In this document: piece by piece, positions 7,784 through 17,507 of the stretch
Position numbering within the stretch: position 1 is the first letter of the stretch
Layout: each line of letters begins with the position of its first letter
DNA from: an uncultured Bacilli bacterium
GTDB lineage: Bacteria; Bacillota_I; Bacilli_A; RF39; UBA660
Direction: 5' to 3'
NCBI GenBank assembly: GCA_910576985.1
Contig: CAJTLA010000003.1
Location: forward strand, 1-49,213
Length of the DNA: 49,213 nucleotides
The notes under the pieces: model-generated
Told to the model about the DNA's origin: nothing
Seen by the model: only the letters and a program-made list of their open reading frames with translations
The model's database searches: none
Program-made: the position numbers and the translations under genes

Positions 7784-9745
7784 TCATTCTGAAATATTTT
7801 TTTTAAACCCAAAATATGTCGCCAAAAAATAAATCATATATATCACTAGAAAAATTCCCAAATTAAAAACATAATACCCCAAATACTCCATATCATTACT
7901 CAAAGCAATTTTAAACAATTGATTCATTGAAACAATCGTACAAAAAGAAATAACAATAGGATAAATCAATGGAAAAATAAAAAATATCAATAACTGCTTT
8001 CTAACCGTTTTATATAATTGCTCTTGCCGTTCTCCCAGTTGAAATAATACCCTATAACGATATTGATATTTGGTAGAATCACTCAACTGTTGTATCGCCA
8101 AAATAGTACCTACAACCGCAATAAAAATAAACGCTATATAAAAACAGATAAATGAAGTAATTGTCATAAAACCATTATATAAAGCCTCTTCCTTCCCACG
8201 AACAGTAACACTAGACAATGGATAACAGATTGTATATCCCGCCTCTGCTTCTTCACACAAATCTGGTTGCTTCACCTTCACCAGCTCATCATAAAAGACT
8301 TCCGTTGTTTTCTCTTTGGTATCCACCACCAAATGATGTGTCACTGGCTCTAACCCTTGAATCGCATCATCAGGAACCACTATCACATAACCATATCCAA
8401 CACCCCAAGCATATGTATATTTTTTGGTAACATATGATTTCTGTTGTAATGTGATCCCATTTGACAATGTAATTTTTTTGAGTGAATCAATAGATAGTTT
8501 ATCTTTTAACTCCTTCGTAGAATGCAACAAATACTCATCACTATTTAACGTAACAGGTTCCATTCCTCTCCACTTTAACAAAGTATTATAGTCACTTAAT
8601 CTCATCAATTTTTCATACCCTTGATTCCAAGTATAACCTCCATTTTGCTCGATCGTTCGAAGAAACATATCACTGGGCTCCTTATAGCCATCATAAGTAA
8701 TTGAATCCAATACTGTATAATTCTTACGAATCAGTTCCATAAATTTTGGAAGTTCTTCTTGCTCTCCATTAATACTAATATCATAAGGGGCCACTTGCTC
8801 AATTTGATATAAAAACATCCCTTTAAATAAACTAGAAACATTGAGTGAAACAAGTGCCAAGGCAATCAATAACGTCAGAGTTCCCAAAGTAACACTCATC
8901 GTTCGAGCTTTACTGCGAAAAGTTCTAGCTACAAACAAATGATCACTACCATATTTAAGATTTTTATTTTTCAAAACAGTGCTTAAAATTAAATCTGGTA
9001 ATGTAAAACAAACACCATAAATACTAATAATAATCAAACAAAAACAAAGTAATATCATTCCTAAGGAAGGATCCTCATACTTAAAATTTTGATCAAACAA
9101 AAACAAAGACAAAATTCCAACCAAAAGAAAACATACAAAAGCAATTTTTGAAAATCTTTTATTACTTACTTTTTCATTCTGTTTATCATAATATAATAAA
9201 TCATATATTTTCAGTTTCCGAATCCTTTTATAAGCGAGAAAAAGAACAAGTATATAAATAATTACAAAATAAATAAACGAAAGAAACAGTGCTTTTGCAC
9301 TAAAACCAATAGTGACAATATGATCCAATTGAAAATTATTCATGATAACAACACTGAATAGTTGACTAAATAGAAAACCAATTGGAAGAGAAATTAAAAA
9401 AGCCATAAACCCCAACAACAAATTTTCTACAATAAAAACTTGTGAAATATTTCTCTTTTTAATCCCTAAAATCATATAAGTTCCAAATTCTTTACTACGT
9501 TTTGTAAACATAAAACGAACAGTATAATTAATCAAAAAACAAATAATAAAGACAATCACAATATTTACAGCAAACATCACATACCGAAAATTTGACATAA
9601 TACTACTAAGTTCAATTACTTCTTTTGAATAAGAAATTAATCCTAAAGCAAATAGAAAAGAAAAAGAAAAAATCACAGTAATTAAATAGACAATATAATC
9701 TTTAATACTTCTTTTCGCATTTCGGACAGAAAGTTTACTTAACAT
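7784..9745 (-). CDS. FtsX-like ABC permease, BceB type (10 TM with a large extracellular loop), module 1
   Basis: 653 aa. TM bundles at both ends with a roughly 200-aa hydrophilic loop in the middle. 11-nt overlap with the ATPase gene. Confidence 0.85.
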   Translation of the reverse strand: MLSKLSVRNAKRSIKDYIVYLITVIFSFSFLFALGLISYSKEVIELSSIMSNFRYVMFAVNIVIVFIICFLINYTVRFMFTKRSKEFGTYMILGIKKRNISQVFIVENLLLGFMAFLISLPIGFLFSQLFSVVIMNNFQLDHIVTIGFSAKALFLSFIYFVIIYILVLFLAYKRIRKLKIYDLLYYDKQNEKVSNKRFSKIAFVCFLLVGILSLFLFDQNFKYEDPSLGMILLCFCLIIISIYGVCFTLPDLILSTVLKNKNLKYGSDHLFVARTFRSKARTMSVTLGTLTLLIALALVSLNVSSLFKGMFLYQIEQVAPYDISINGEQEELPKFMELIRKNYTVLDSITYDGYKEPSDMFLRTIEQNGGYTWNQGYEKLMRLSDYNTLLKWRGMEPVTLNSDEYLLHSTKELKDKLSIDSLKKITLSNGITLQQKSYVTKKYTYAWGVGYGYVIVVPDDAIQGLEPVTHHLVVDTKEKTTEVFYDELVKVKQPDLCEEAEAGYTICYPLSSVTVRGKEEALYNGFMTITSFICFYIAFIFIAVVGTILAIQQLSDSTKYQYRYRVLFQLGERQEQLYKTVRKQLLIFFIFPLIYPIVISFCTIVSMNQLFKIALSNDMEYLGYYVFNLGIFLVIYMIYFLATYFGFKKNISE

Positions 9746-10505
9746 GATTGAAATCTCCTCCTAATAAAGTTTGAACATCTAAGATTTCGTTAAAGAATTC
9801 TTTTCTTGTCTTATTTCCTCTAATAATTTCATTAAATATTTTTCCATCCTTCAAAAATAAAATCCGTTTACAAAAACTTGCACTAAAAGAATCATGAGTC
9901 ACCATTAAAATAGTTGCTTGCAATTCTTCATTCATTTCCATCAACGTTTCCAACAACATTCTAGCTGATTTAGAATCCAATGCCCCAGTTGGCTCATCCG
10001 CTAAAATAAGAGTTGGATGATTAATAAGGGCTCTTGCACACGCACAACGTTGCTTTTGACCTCCTGACACTTCATATGGAAACTTTTTTAAAATATCTTG
10101 AATCCCTAATTTTTTAGCAATCATCATAACACGATCTTCTATTTCTTTTGCCTTCACTCGATTCATAATTAAAGATAAAGCAATATTTTCTTCAATAGTC
10201 AAAGTATCTAACAAATTAAAATCTTGAAATACAAATCCTAATCGTTCTCTCCTAAAATCAGACAAATCATTTTCTGGAATTTTAGTAATATCTTTTCCAT
10301 CGATGCAAATAGTTCCACTTGTTACTTGATCAACAGTAGAAATACAATTCAGCAATGTCGTTTTCCCACTTCCACTTGCTCCCATAATTGCTACAAATTC
10401 ACCTTCTTGCACATAAAACGTAATTCCACATACTGCCTTAGTCATAACACCTTGAAAACTTCCATAATATTTTTTAACATTTTCTACTTTTAAAACGTGA
10501 TTCAT
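9735..10505 (-). CDS. ABC transporter ATP-binding protein, BceA type, module 1
   Basis: Walker A GASGSGKTT, signature SGGQKQR, Walker B ILADEPT, H-loop VTHD. Confidence 0.9.
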   Translation of the reverse strand: MNHVLKVENVKKYYGSFQGVMTKAVCGITFYVQEGEFVAIMGASGSGKTTLLNCISTVDQVTSGTICIDGKDITKIPENDLSDFRRERLGFVFQDFNLLDTLTIEENIALSLIMNRVKAKEIEDRVMMIAKKLGIQDILKKFPYEVSGGQKQRCACARALINHPTLILADEPTGALDSKSARMLLETLMEMNEELQATILMVTHDSFSASFCKRILFLKDGKIFNEIIRGNKTRKEFFNEILDVQTLLGGDFNHVK

Positions 10506-10656
10506 ATAATCCCCTCTTCCTGAAAAACATAGTTCTCATCAAATGAATAATCGAAATCAATACAATGAAAAACAAAACTGGCACTATAATCGTCATCCAC
10601 AATATAGTCAGTACAATTCCAGATAAGAAAAACCAAATATCCATAAAACTACTCAT
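10474..10656 (-). CDS. Small (60 aa) membrane protein, unknown function
   Basis: ATG at 10656 is preceded by AAGGGAG with a 6-nt spacer. MSSFMDIWFFLSGIVLTILWMTIIVPVLFFIVLISIIHL, then a basic tail. The 3' end overlaps the ATPase start by 32 nt. Confidence 0.4.
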   Translation of the reverse strand: MSSFMDIWFFLSGIVLTILWMTIIVPVLFFIVLISIIHLMRTMFFRKRGLYESRFKSRKC

Positions 10657-10680
10657 CTGTTTCTCCCTTCTGACAATCCA

Positions 10681-10723
10681 ATTATATAATATTGGAGCAA
10701 AAAAAAACATTACAATTTTGTTA
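10681..10723 (-). promoter_or_regulatory. Candidate BceR-type operator (TAACA-AAAT-TGTAA) plus -10 box for module 1 transporter genes
   Basis: Inverted repeat at 10710-10723; TATAAT at 10681-10686 (minus). It lies directly downstream of the terminator of the preceding gene. Confidence 0.5.
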
Positions 10724-10726
10724 GAA

Positions 10727-10752
10727 AAAAAGAGTCATCGACTCTTATATAT
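10727..10752 (-). terminator. Rho-independent terminator after the 218-aa gene
   Basis: Minus strand reads AAGAGTCGATGACTCTT followed by TTTTTT. Confidence 0.6.
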
Positions 10753-10765
10753 AACTTATGATGTT

Positions 10766-11422
10766 TTATCTAGCTTTTCCTTTTCCTTCCATTTCTGCCA
10801 TTTTAACGCTATATCCTAACATTTCTAATTGCGCAGTCACCAAACCCATTTGGTCTTTTGGTGTATATCCTTTTGCCTCTGGAACAGAATAAATCACATT
10901 CCCATTTAGATCTTGAATTTCTTCTACAGCTTCACTTTCCCCTACAAATGGAATAATATTATTATTAAGTGTCATTCGGTCATTTGGAACTACTTCTGTT
11001 AAAACTCCCTCATATGGTACTTCCACACCATATCTCCAAGATTTTGCTCTTACATGAGTTCCAATTCTAGATTCTAAAGCATCAAAATCAACAATTTTAA
11101 CTGCTGGTTTCACTTCTGACACAGGAGTCGCAGTTACCTCTGATTCCTGGACATTAGAATTTCTGAATTCCACTGGCACTACTCCAGGGTTCGCAAAAAC
11201 CGTCTTTCCATTACTCATAAGCTTAATTTCTGAAATTGCGATAATCCCATTATCAAATGGAATATTCAAATCATCTATAATAACGCTTTCATAGTCAACA
11301 ACCTCAATTAATTTTCCTTGTTTTTCAAATTCCTTTCCTTTAGCCCATACAGTACAAAAAACCTCTTGTCCTTTTTTACTTTTTAAAATTTCAAACATCA
11401 TATCTGCTAAGTCTGCACTCAT
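10766..11422 (-). CDS. Hypothetical soluble protein with internal tandem duplication
   Basis: RBS AAGAGGA. Two related halves: ...GKLIEVVDYESVIIDDLNIPFDNG... and ...EGVLTEVVPNDRMTLNNNIIPFVGES... The gene is flanked by its own terminators. Confidence 0.6.
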   Translation of the reverse strand: MSADLADMMFEILKSKKGQEVFCTVWAKGKEFEKQGKLIEVVDYESVIIDDLNIPFDNGIIAISEIKLMSNGKTVFANPGVVPVEFRNSNVQESEVTATPVSEVKPAVKIVDFDALESRIGTHVRAKSWRYGVEVPYEGVLTEVVPNDRMTLNNNIIPFVGESEAVEEIQDLNGNVIYSVPEAKGYTPKDQMGLVTAQLEMLGYSVKMAEMEGKGKAR

Positions 11423-11540
11423 ATATTCATCCTCTTTTCTATCTTAACATCATCACTTTAACATAAATAATCGAAAAAATCAAGCAATTCCTTATGTAAA
11501 TGAAAAGCCAATGTCTATAAAAATAGTATTCTCAAAAAAA

Positions 11541-11584
11541 CAATATTAATACTTTATAAAGACAAAAACATCTCTCGATGTTTC
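11541..11584 (-). terminator. Rho-independent terminator after permease 2
   Basis: Minus strand reads AACATCGAGAGATGTT followed by TTTG, just after the stop at 11585. Confidence 0.45.
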
Positions 11585-13657
11585 TTATCTTCTTTCTTTT
11601 ATAATATTCTTACTACACCAATAAGTAATCATAAAATACCCTCCATAAATAATTACCATAAATAACGCAGTCATCACAATAGACGGTAACAATCCTTTAT
11701 TTCCAAACACAGACAAAATGTAATTAGAAAATATAATTCCAAAAATAGAATGCAAAATAGCAATCACTAATGGGAACAAAAAGAATATTCCAATTTGACG
11801 AAATAACGCCTGATGAATCATTTTCTCACTCACACCAATCTTTCGTAACATTTGAAATCGCTCCTTATTATCAGTACTTTCAGACAACTCTTTTAAAGCT
11901 AATATCGCAGCACTACTCATCAAAAAAATAATTCCTAAATATAAACCAATAAACGTTACCATTGCTCCCAAACCAACACTCGCTTCATACAAATAACGTT
12001 TTGTAGAACCTTCTAAACCTGTATATTTTACATATTCATGATTCTCCATATCATTTCTCACAAAAGATTCTATTCGTTCTTTTTCAGAATCCGTTTGCCC
12101 ACGATAATTCGCAGTAATAATGCTATCACTGACAATCAGTTTTTCTACTGCTCGATCAGGAACCACAAAGAAACCAATATTTGCACGTGTACCATTCATA
12201 TAAACAAACCCATCTTCACAAGTCTCAAACTTTGGATAATATTTTTGTTCAGATAAAACAATTGGTGTATTTCGTTTCAAAGCCTCATTCCGTATCTTCA
12301 CAAATTCTTGATAATCAGCAACTAAAAGGTACTCATCATCATCAAGCGTATACGTTTTTCTTCCATAAAGTTTCATCAATTGATTATAATCACTTAACCT
12401 CACAAAAGTCTCTACACTATTAAACTCCAAAAATGGATATTTTTTAAAAACCTCTTCATAATACGAACCCAACGTATCAGAAAGTAATAATTCACTTTTA
12501 TAAATATCAAATTCTACTACATCTGTTAAATTTTCCTCTATTGAAAAATCTAACTTTTGCAAAGTTTCTCTTAATGAAATTTTAGAATCCTCAATCATAT
12601 TAACATGATATTTAAAAGACAACTTATCAACTTGCTCTTCAGTCAAATTCAACGCCTTTGAAAATTGAATATCTACAGGTGCTAACGACTTTAAATTAGA
12701 AGTCATTGAATTCTTAATCGACAAAGCAGAAGACAATACACAAATCGTAATAAATAACATCAGACAGATCATAGAACTCGAAAAAAGAGTCGTGTTGATC
12801 TTACTACTAATCTGACGAAATGTAAAACTATTTAATCCTTTATAATATTGTTTTCTTAATCGAGTAGCAAGTCCTAAAAGAAGCCCTGACATTGACCAAA
12901 ACAAAAGAAATGTACCCAACGTTCCTAAAATAATTGGCTTAAAAATGGCAGAAGCATCAGAAAGTTGTTTCACACCACCAGTAACCAAATAATAAGCATA
13001 TCCTAGCATGAAAGCAGATAAAATAAATACAATCAAGCAAAGAATTGAATTCTTAAGTTTTACTCGTTCACTTTTCTTACTTGCATGTAACAAATCAATC
13101 AACTTACACTTACTAATATTAATAGTATTAAATATCATCACAAGCAAATACATAATTCCAAAATAAATCAATGTTTTCACAAAAGCACTACTAGAAAAAG
13201 TAAACGTAAACTGTGTCAAATCTGCCTCAAACATATTCGCTACTAACAAACTCATTAATTGAGAAAGTACGATCCCAAATCCAAGCCCAACCGCCAATGA
13301 AATTAGACCAATCAGAAAAGTCTCAAAAAACAAAATCATAGAAATCTTTCGCTTGCTCATCCCCAAAGTCAAATAAATTCCAAATTCCTTCTTTCTTCGT
13401 TTAATCAAAAAACGAGAAGCATAAATAATTAAAAAACCTAAAATAAACGAAACAAAAACACTAACTCCAGATAAAATATTTGTCATTAATTGAATAATAT
13501 CTCTCGTATCTTTTGTTACATTTAACAAAACAGTTTGACTTTCAATCGAATTAAATACATAAAAAATAGCAACTCCCAAAATCAAAGTAAAAAAATAAAT
13601 AGCATAATCTTTCATACTTTTCTTAATATTTTTTAAAGACAACTTAAAGAGCATCAT
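11585..13657 (-). CDS. FtsX-like ABC permease, BceB type, module 2
   Basis: 690 aa with the same architecture as 7784-9745. 14-nt overlap with the ATPase gene. Confidence 0.85.
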   Translation of the reverse strand: MMLFKLSLKNIKKSMKDYAIYFFTLILGVAIFYVFNSIESQTVLLNVTKDTRDIIQLMTNILSGVSVFVSFILGFLIIYASRFLIKRRKKEFGIYLTLGMSKRKISMILFFETFLIGLISLAVGLGFGIVLSQLMSLLVANMFEADLTQFTFTFSSSAFVKTLIYFGIMYLLVMIFNTINISKCKLIDLLHASKKSERVKLKNSILCLIVFILSAFMLGYAYYLVTGGVKQLSDASAIFKPIILGTLGTFLLFWSMSGLLLGLATRLRKQYYKGLNSFTFRQISSKINTTLFSSSMICLMLFITICVLSSALSIKNSMTSNLKSLAPVDIQFSKALNLTEEQVDKLSFKYHVNMIEDSKISLRETLQKLDFSIEENLTDVVEFDIYKSELLLSDTLGSYYEEVFKKYPFLEFNSVETFVRLSDYNQLMKLYGRKTYTLDDDEYLLVADYQEFVKIRNEALKRNTPIVLSEQKYYPKFETCEDGFVYMNGTRANIGFFVVPDRAVEKLIVSDSIITANYRGQTDSEKERIESFVRNDMENHEYVKYTGLEGSTKRYLYEASVGLGAMVTFIGLYLGIIFLMSSAAILALKELSESTDNKERFQMLRKIGVSEKMIHQALFRQIGIFFLFPLVIAILHSIFGIIFSNYILSVFGNKGLLPSIVMTALFMVIIYGGYFMITYWCSKNIIKERR

Positions 13658-14411
13658 TCAAATCCCCACCTAATAATGTTACAACATCAATAATTTTATC
13701 AAAAAACACTTTTCTAGAATCATCACCTCTATGAATTTCACTAAAAATTCTACCATCCTTAATGAAAATCACCCTACTCGCATAGCTAGCTGTAAAAGCA
13801 TCATGAGTAACCATCAAAATAGTTGCCTCCATAGCTTCATTCAAATAACCAATACGTTCTAATAACATCCTAGATGACTTAGAATCCAAAGCCCCAGTTG
13901 GCTCATCCGCCAAAATAAGTTTCGGATTTGTAATAATTGCTCTAGCAGAGGCCACCCTCTGTTTTTGACCTCCACTCATTTGATATGGATATTTATTTAA
14001 AATCCCCTGAATATCTAACTCTTTTGCTACTTTTTTAATACGAAAGTCAATCTCATTCACATTCACATTTTGAATCGATAGCGCTAATGCAATATTCTCA
14101 TAAGCAGTTAAAGTATCTAATAAATTAAAATCCTGAAAAATAAATCCTAATTCTTCTCTTCGGAAACGATTCAAATCAGAGCCTTTTAATTTCGTAATAT
14201 CTGTACCAGCTACATAAATATGACCAGATGTCACCTTATCAATCGTAGAAATACAATTCAGTAATGTTGTTTTCCCACTTCCACTTGCTCCCATAATCGC
14301 AACAAACTCTTTTTTTTCTACTTCAAAAGATAAATTGTCAATTGCTTTGGTAAGCGATGAACGACTTCCATAATATTTTTCAATCCTATCAATTTTTAAA
14401 ATTTGTTCCAT
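13644..14411 (-). CDS. ABC transporter ATP-binding protein, BceA type, module 2
   Basis: GASGSGKTT, SGGQKQR, ILADEPT, VTHD. Clearly paralogous to 9735-10505. Confidence 0.9.
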   Translation of the reverse strand: MEQILKIDRIEKYYGSRSSLTKAIDNLSFEVEKKEFVAIMGASGSGKTTLLNCISTIDKVTSGHIYVAGTDITKLKGSDLNRFRREELGFIFQDFNLLDTLTAYENIALALSIQNVNVNEIDFRIKKVAKELDIQGILNKYPYQMSGGQKQRVASARAIITNPKLILADEPTGALDSKSSRMLLERIGYLNEAMEATILMVTHDAFTASYASRVIFIKDGRIFSEIHRGDDSRKVFFDKIIDVVTLLGGDLNDAL

Positions 14412-14471
14412 AATTTAACCCCTTTCACAATCATCATAAACTAAAATTCTAATTTTGTCGTTTGTTTGACC

Positions 14472-14499
14472 TTACAAAAACCTTACAAAATTGTAAGGT
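14472..14499 (-). promoter_or_regulatory. Perfect palindrome TTACA-AAAT-TGTAA plus an extra half-site: candidate BceR-type operator and/or terminator hairpin between kinase 2 and ATPase 2
   Basis: ACCTTACAAAATTGTAAGGT at 14480-14499 abuts the kinase stop codon and is followed on the minus strand by TTTTT. An extra TGTAAGG copy lies at 14470-14476 (plus-strand CCTTACA). Confidence 0.5.
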
Positions 14500-15518
14500 T
14501 ATTTCAAAACATCATAATAGCAATTCTGAAAAAAAACAATTGATACTTTCGTATAAGACCCTTGTTTTGAATCAATCGATATCGTATGCCCTAATTTCTC
14601 ACATAAATTTTTCACAATAAAAAGTCCCATTCCAGTAGATCTCGCTTTCATTCTCCCATTATATCCAGTAAAAGATTTCTCAAACACTTTTTTTAAATCA
14701 GAAGAAGGAATCCCGATCCCATTATCCAAAACCTCTAAAACTATAGTCTCATTTTCTTCTAGAACTGTGATTTTAATATAAGAAGATTTAGAATCATCTT
14801 TATATTTAATACTATTATGAACCACTTGATTTAAAATAAAATAAAGCCACTTAGAATCAGTCATCACAGATTCCTTTTGAACATCAACAATAAAATCAAT
14901 TTGATGCTCTAAAAAATCATCTTTATTTTTAAGAGCCACATTCGAAATAACCTTCTGCAATGATACCTCATTAATAAAATAATCTTTATGAGCATTCTCA
15001 CTTCTCACATAATAAAGTACCTGTTCCACATAATCTTCAATCTTTCGTACAGATTCTATCGCCCTGATTGGAATTTCATCTTTATGATTGTGTGCAATCA
15101 ATAAAAAACTAGAAATCGGAATTTTCACCTCATGTATCCACATTTCAACATATTCTTTAAAATCATTCATTTGTAACTCAAATGATTTTACATTTTCAAT
15201 CATAGACTTATTAATATCATAAAGCGCCTGATACAACAATTCCCCCTCGTAAAAATGAGGTTGTTCTAACAATTCTAATACCAAATAACTCTGATCTAAC
15301 TGATCAATTTGTAACAACAACTTTTGATAAAAACTTTTCTTCCGAAAAAAATCAATGAAAAACAATAGTCCAAAAAAAGAAACAAACAAAATAGAAGCAA
15401 CAAAAATAAGATCAAACGGAAGCTTAAAAGCAAAATAAAGCAATAATAAAATGAAATAAAAACAAAAAAACAAAACAATCGCATATAATTTATCTTTCAA
15501 ATAATCAAAAAATTTCAT
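14499..15518 (-). CDS. Intramembrane-sensing histidine kinase (BceS-like), module 2
   Basis: Two N-terminal TMs. H-box HEVKIPIS, N-box QVVHNSIKY, DNGIGI, GMGLFI. 4-nt overlap with the regulator gene. Confidence 0.85.
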   Translation of the reverse strand: MKFFDYLKDKLYAIVLFFCFYFILLLLYFAFKLPFDLIFVASILFVSFFGLLFFIDFFRKKSFYQKLLLQIDQLDQSYLVLELLEQPHFYEGELLYQALYDINKSMIENVKSFELQMNDFKEYVEMWIHEVKIPISSFLLIAHNHKDEIPIRAIESVRKIEDYVEQVLYYVRSENAHKDYFINEVSLQKVISNVALKNKDDFLEHQIDFIVDVQKESVMTDSKWLYFILNQVVHNSIKYKDDSKSSYIKITVLEENETIVLEVLDNGIGIPSSDLKKVFEKSFTGYNGRMKARSTGMGLFIVKNLCEKLGHTISIDSKQGSYTKVSIVFFQNCYYDVLK

Positions 15519-16174
15519 TCTAAAATGTACCCATATCCCTTTCTGGTTTCAATCACATTTTCATACCCAATTTCCTTTAACTTCGCTCGTAATCTACTCA
15601 TATTCACGGTAAGAGCATTATCATTGATATAAAAATCACTATTCCATAAAGCAGTCATCAACTCATCTCTAGTAACAATTTTTTTTTGATGATTCACCAA
15701 ATAAGAAAACATAATCATCTCATTTTTCGTCAAAAACACTTCTGTTTTACCACGTTTTAAAATTCCATGTTCCTTATCAATCATAACATCATGATAAACC
15801 ATTTCTTCATTTTCACCCATCCGCTTAAAAATATTCGCAATCCGAAGCAATAAAATATTAGGATTATAAGGCTTCGTAATATAATCATCCGCTCCATACA
15901 TCATAGATAATAACTCATCTGCCTCTGAATTTTGACTAGTAACCATAATCACTGGAATATTCGAATTTTTTCTAATTTTTTGAAGTAACAATTCTCCATT
16001 CACATAAGGAATATGAATGTCCAATAAAATTAAATCTGGATTCAATTCCATAATTTCTTGATAAGATTCTTTAAAATTTTTCAAAACAAGAGGTTCATAA
16101 TCTGAATTTTTCAGCAATGAAAATAATTCAGAAGCAATCATTTCATCATCTTCTACAATCAATATCTTTTTCAC
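15515..16174 (-). CDS. OmpR-family response regulator (BceR-like), module 2
   Basis: KKILIVEDD...LDIHIP...KP receiver plus winged helix (...TRKGYGYILE). The GTG at 16174 is preferred because the track's GTG lies inside the SD AGAGGTGA. Confidence 0.85.
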   Translation of the reverse strand: MKKILIVEDDEMIASELFSLLKNSDYEPLVLKNFKESYQEIMELNPDLILLDIHIPYVNGELLLQKIRKNSNIPVIMVTSQNSEADELLSMMYGADDYITKPYNPNILLLRIANIFKRMGENEEMVYHDVMIDKEHGILKRGKTEVFLTKNEMIMFSYLVNHQKKIVTRDELMTALWNSDFYINDNALTVNMSRLRAKLKEIGYENVIETRKGYGYILE

Positions 16175-16247
16175 ACAATTCACCTCTATTTATCATAACA
16201 CATATTTTAAGATTCTTATGTTACAATCCTGTAATGTCCTATTAATA

Positions 16248-16883
16248 TTATTTCACTTTTCTAATTGGATGACGAATCACTGTTTTCAATCGTCCAGTAG
16301 CACATCTTCTAGGATCACTCAAATAAATCTCATGATGATATCGCTGTTCAGTAATATCTAACTCATATCCCTGATCTTTCATGTATCTATGCATAAATTC
16401 AATCGTAGTAGGTTCATCATCATAACTTCCAATATGCATACATTGAACACAAATTCCCTCTAAATAAGAGAAAAACTCTACCTTACTAAAATCTTGTTTT
16501 TTCTTCTTCGTTGCTTCTTCTATAGCCCAATCAAAATCCTCTTTTGTCACAAAATCAGGCAAACGAATCATGGATATAAAACACATTGCACTTTTATTAC
16601 AATAATCAATACCATCAACACCTTCTTGCCACCAGAATCCTTCTAACGGTGGAACAACAAATTCAAAAAAACCATCCATTTTATGAGTTCCTTTACCACT
16701 CATTTTTATAGTATAAGCAATTCCATATAATAAACCAATAGACTGCTTATATTCTCCATTCGAATCATTGGGATCTCCTTTTCCTCTAACAGCAATATAA
16801 TTCATTTTAGGAACTTCTATAATACTTGGTGTATCCTTTGGCATATAAAATTCCTGATATTCTTTCTTATAATCAAAAGCCAT
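16248..16883 (-). CDS. GyrI-like small-molecule-binding domain protein
   Basis: MAFDYKKEYQEFYMPK...IIEVPKMNYIAVRGKGDPN...PPLEGFWW pattern, recalled as typical of GyrI-like/SOUL-type effector-binding proteins. ATG at 16883 with RBS AAGAGGTG. Confidence 0.55.
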   Translation of the reverse strand: MAFDYKKEYQEFYMPKDTPSIIEVPKMNYIAVRGKGDPNDSNGEYKQSIGLLYGIAYTIKMSGKGTHKMDGFFEFVVPPLEGFWWQEGVDGIDYCNKSAMCFISMIRLPDFVTKEDFDWAIEEATKKKKQDFSKVEFFSYLEGICVQCMHIGSYDDEPTTIEFMHRYMKDQGYELDITEQRYHHEIYLSDPRRCATGRLKTVIRHPIRKVK

Positions 16884-16897
16884 AACAACACCTCTTT

Positions 16898-17503
16898 TCA
16901 AACATTCCCTTGAAATAACTCTTTTGTAACTCCACAAATTGGACACTGAAAATCTTCTGGCAACTCTTCTTTATAATAAACATAACCACACACTGTACAA
17001 ACCCAAGCAGTATTTCCATTTTCTGTTTTTATTTTTAATAACTCTTCCTTATGTTCCTGATAATAACCATAACTCATTGCTTCTCCCTCTAAAAAAACAT
17101 CTGCTTCGATTAGTTTTCCAATAAACAAAGTATGAGTTTCATTCACAATAGAATCTACTTTTTCCAAAACCATATAACCCAAACAATCCTCAATCACAGG
17201 AATCCCTTCGATTTCTTTCATAACTACAGATTCAAACTTATTGATATCTCTCATAGAACAAAGACCAAATGTTTTAATAATCTCTGGATTCACCTCCATC
17301 CCAAGAATAGAAAGTGCGAATCGTTCATTATTTTTTAATAACGCATTTGTATAATTTTGATTCATAACAGCAACTGATATAAGTGGAGCATCTCCACTAC
17401 TAATTTGTGAGACAGCATCTACAATACAGCCACCACCATTTGTAGTAAGAACATACATCCTTTGTGTAATTTTACGAGTAATTTTTTTATTTTTCACATT
17501 CAT
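16898..17503 (-). CDS. Flavin reductase-like domain fused to a C-terminal rubredoxin domain
   Basis: C-terminus [10 protein letters not shown]...FQCPICGV (2 x CxxC rubredoxin knuckles). The N-terminal ~150 aa resemble an FMN-binding split barrel. Confidence 0.65.
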   Translation of the reverse strand: MNVKNKKITRKITQRMYVLTTNGGGCIVDAVSQISSGDAPLISVAVMNQNYTNALLKNNERFALSILGMEVNPEIIKTFGLCSMRDINKFESVVMKEIEGIPVIEDCLGYMVLEKVDSIVNETHTLFIGKLIEADVFLEGEAMSYGYYQEHKEELLKIKTENGNTAWVCTVCGYVYYKEELPEDFQCPICGVTKELFQGNV

Positions 17504-17507
17504 TCTC

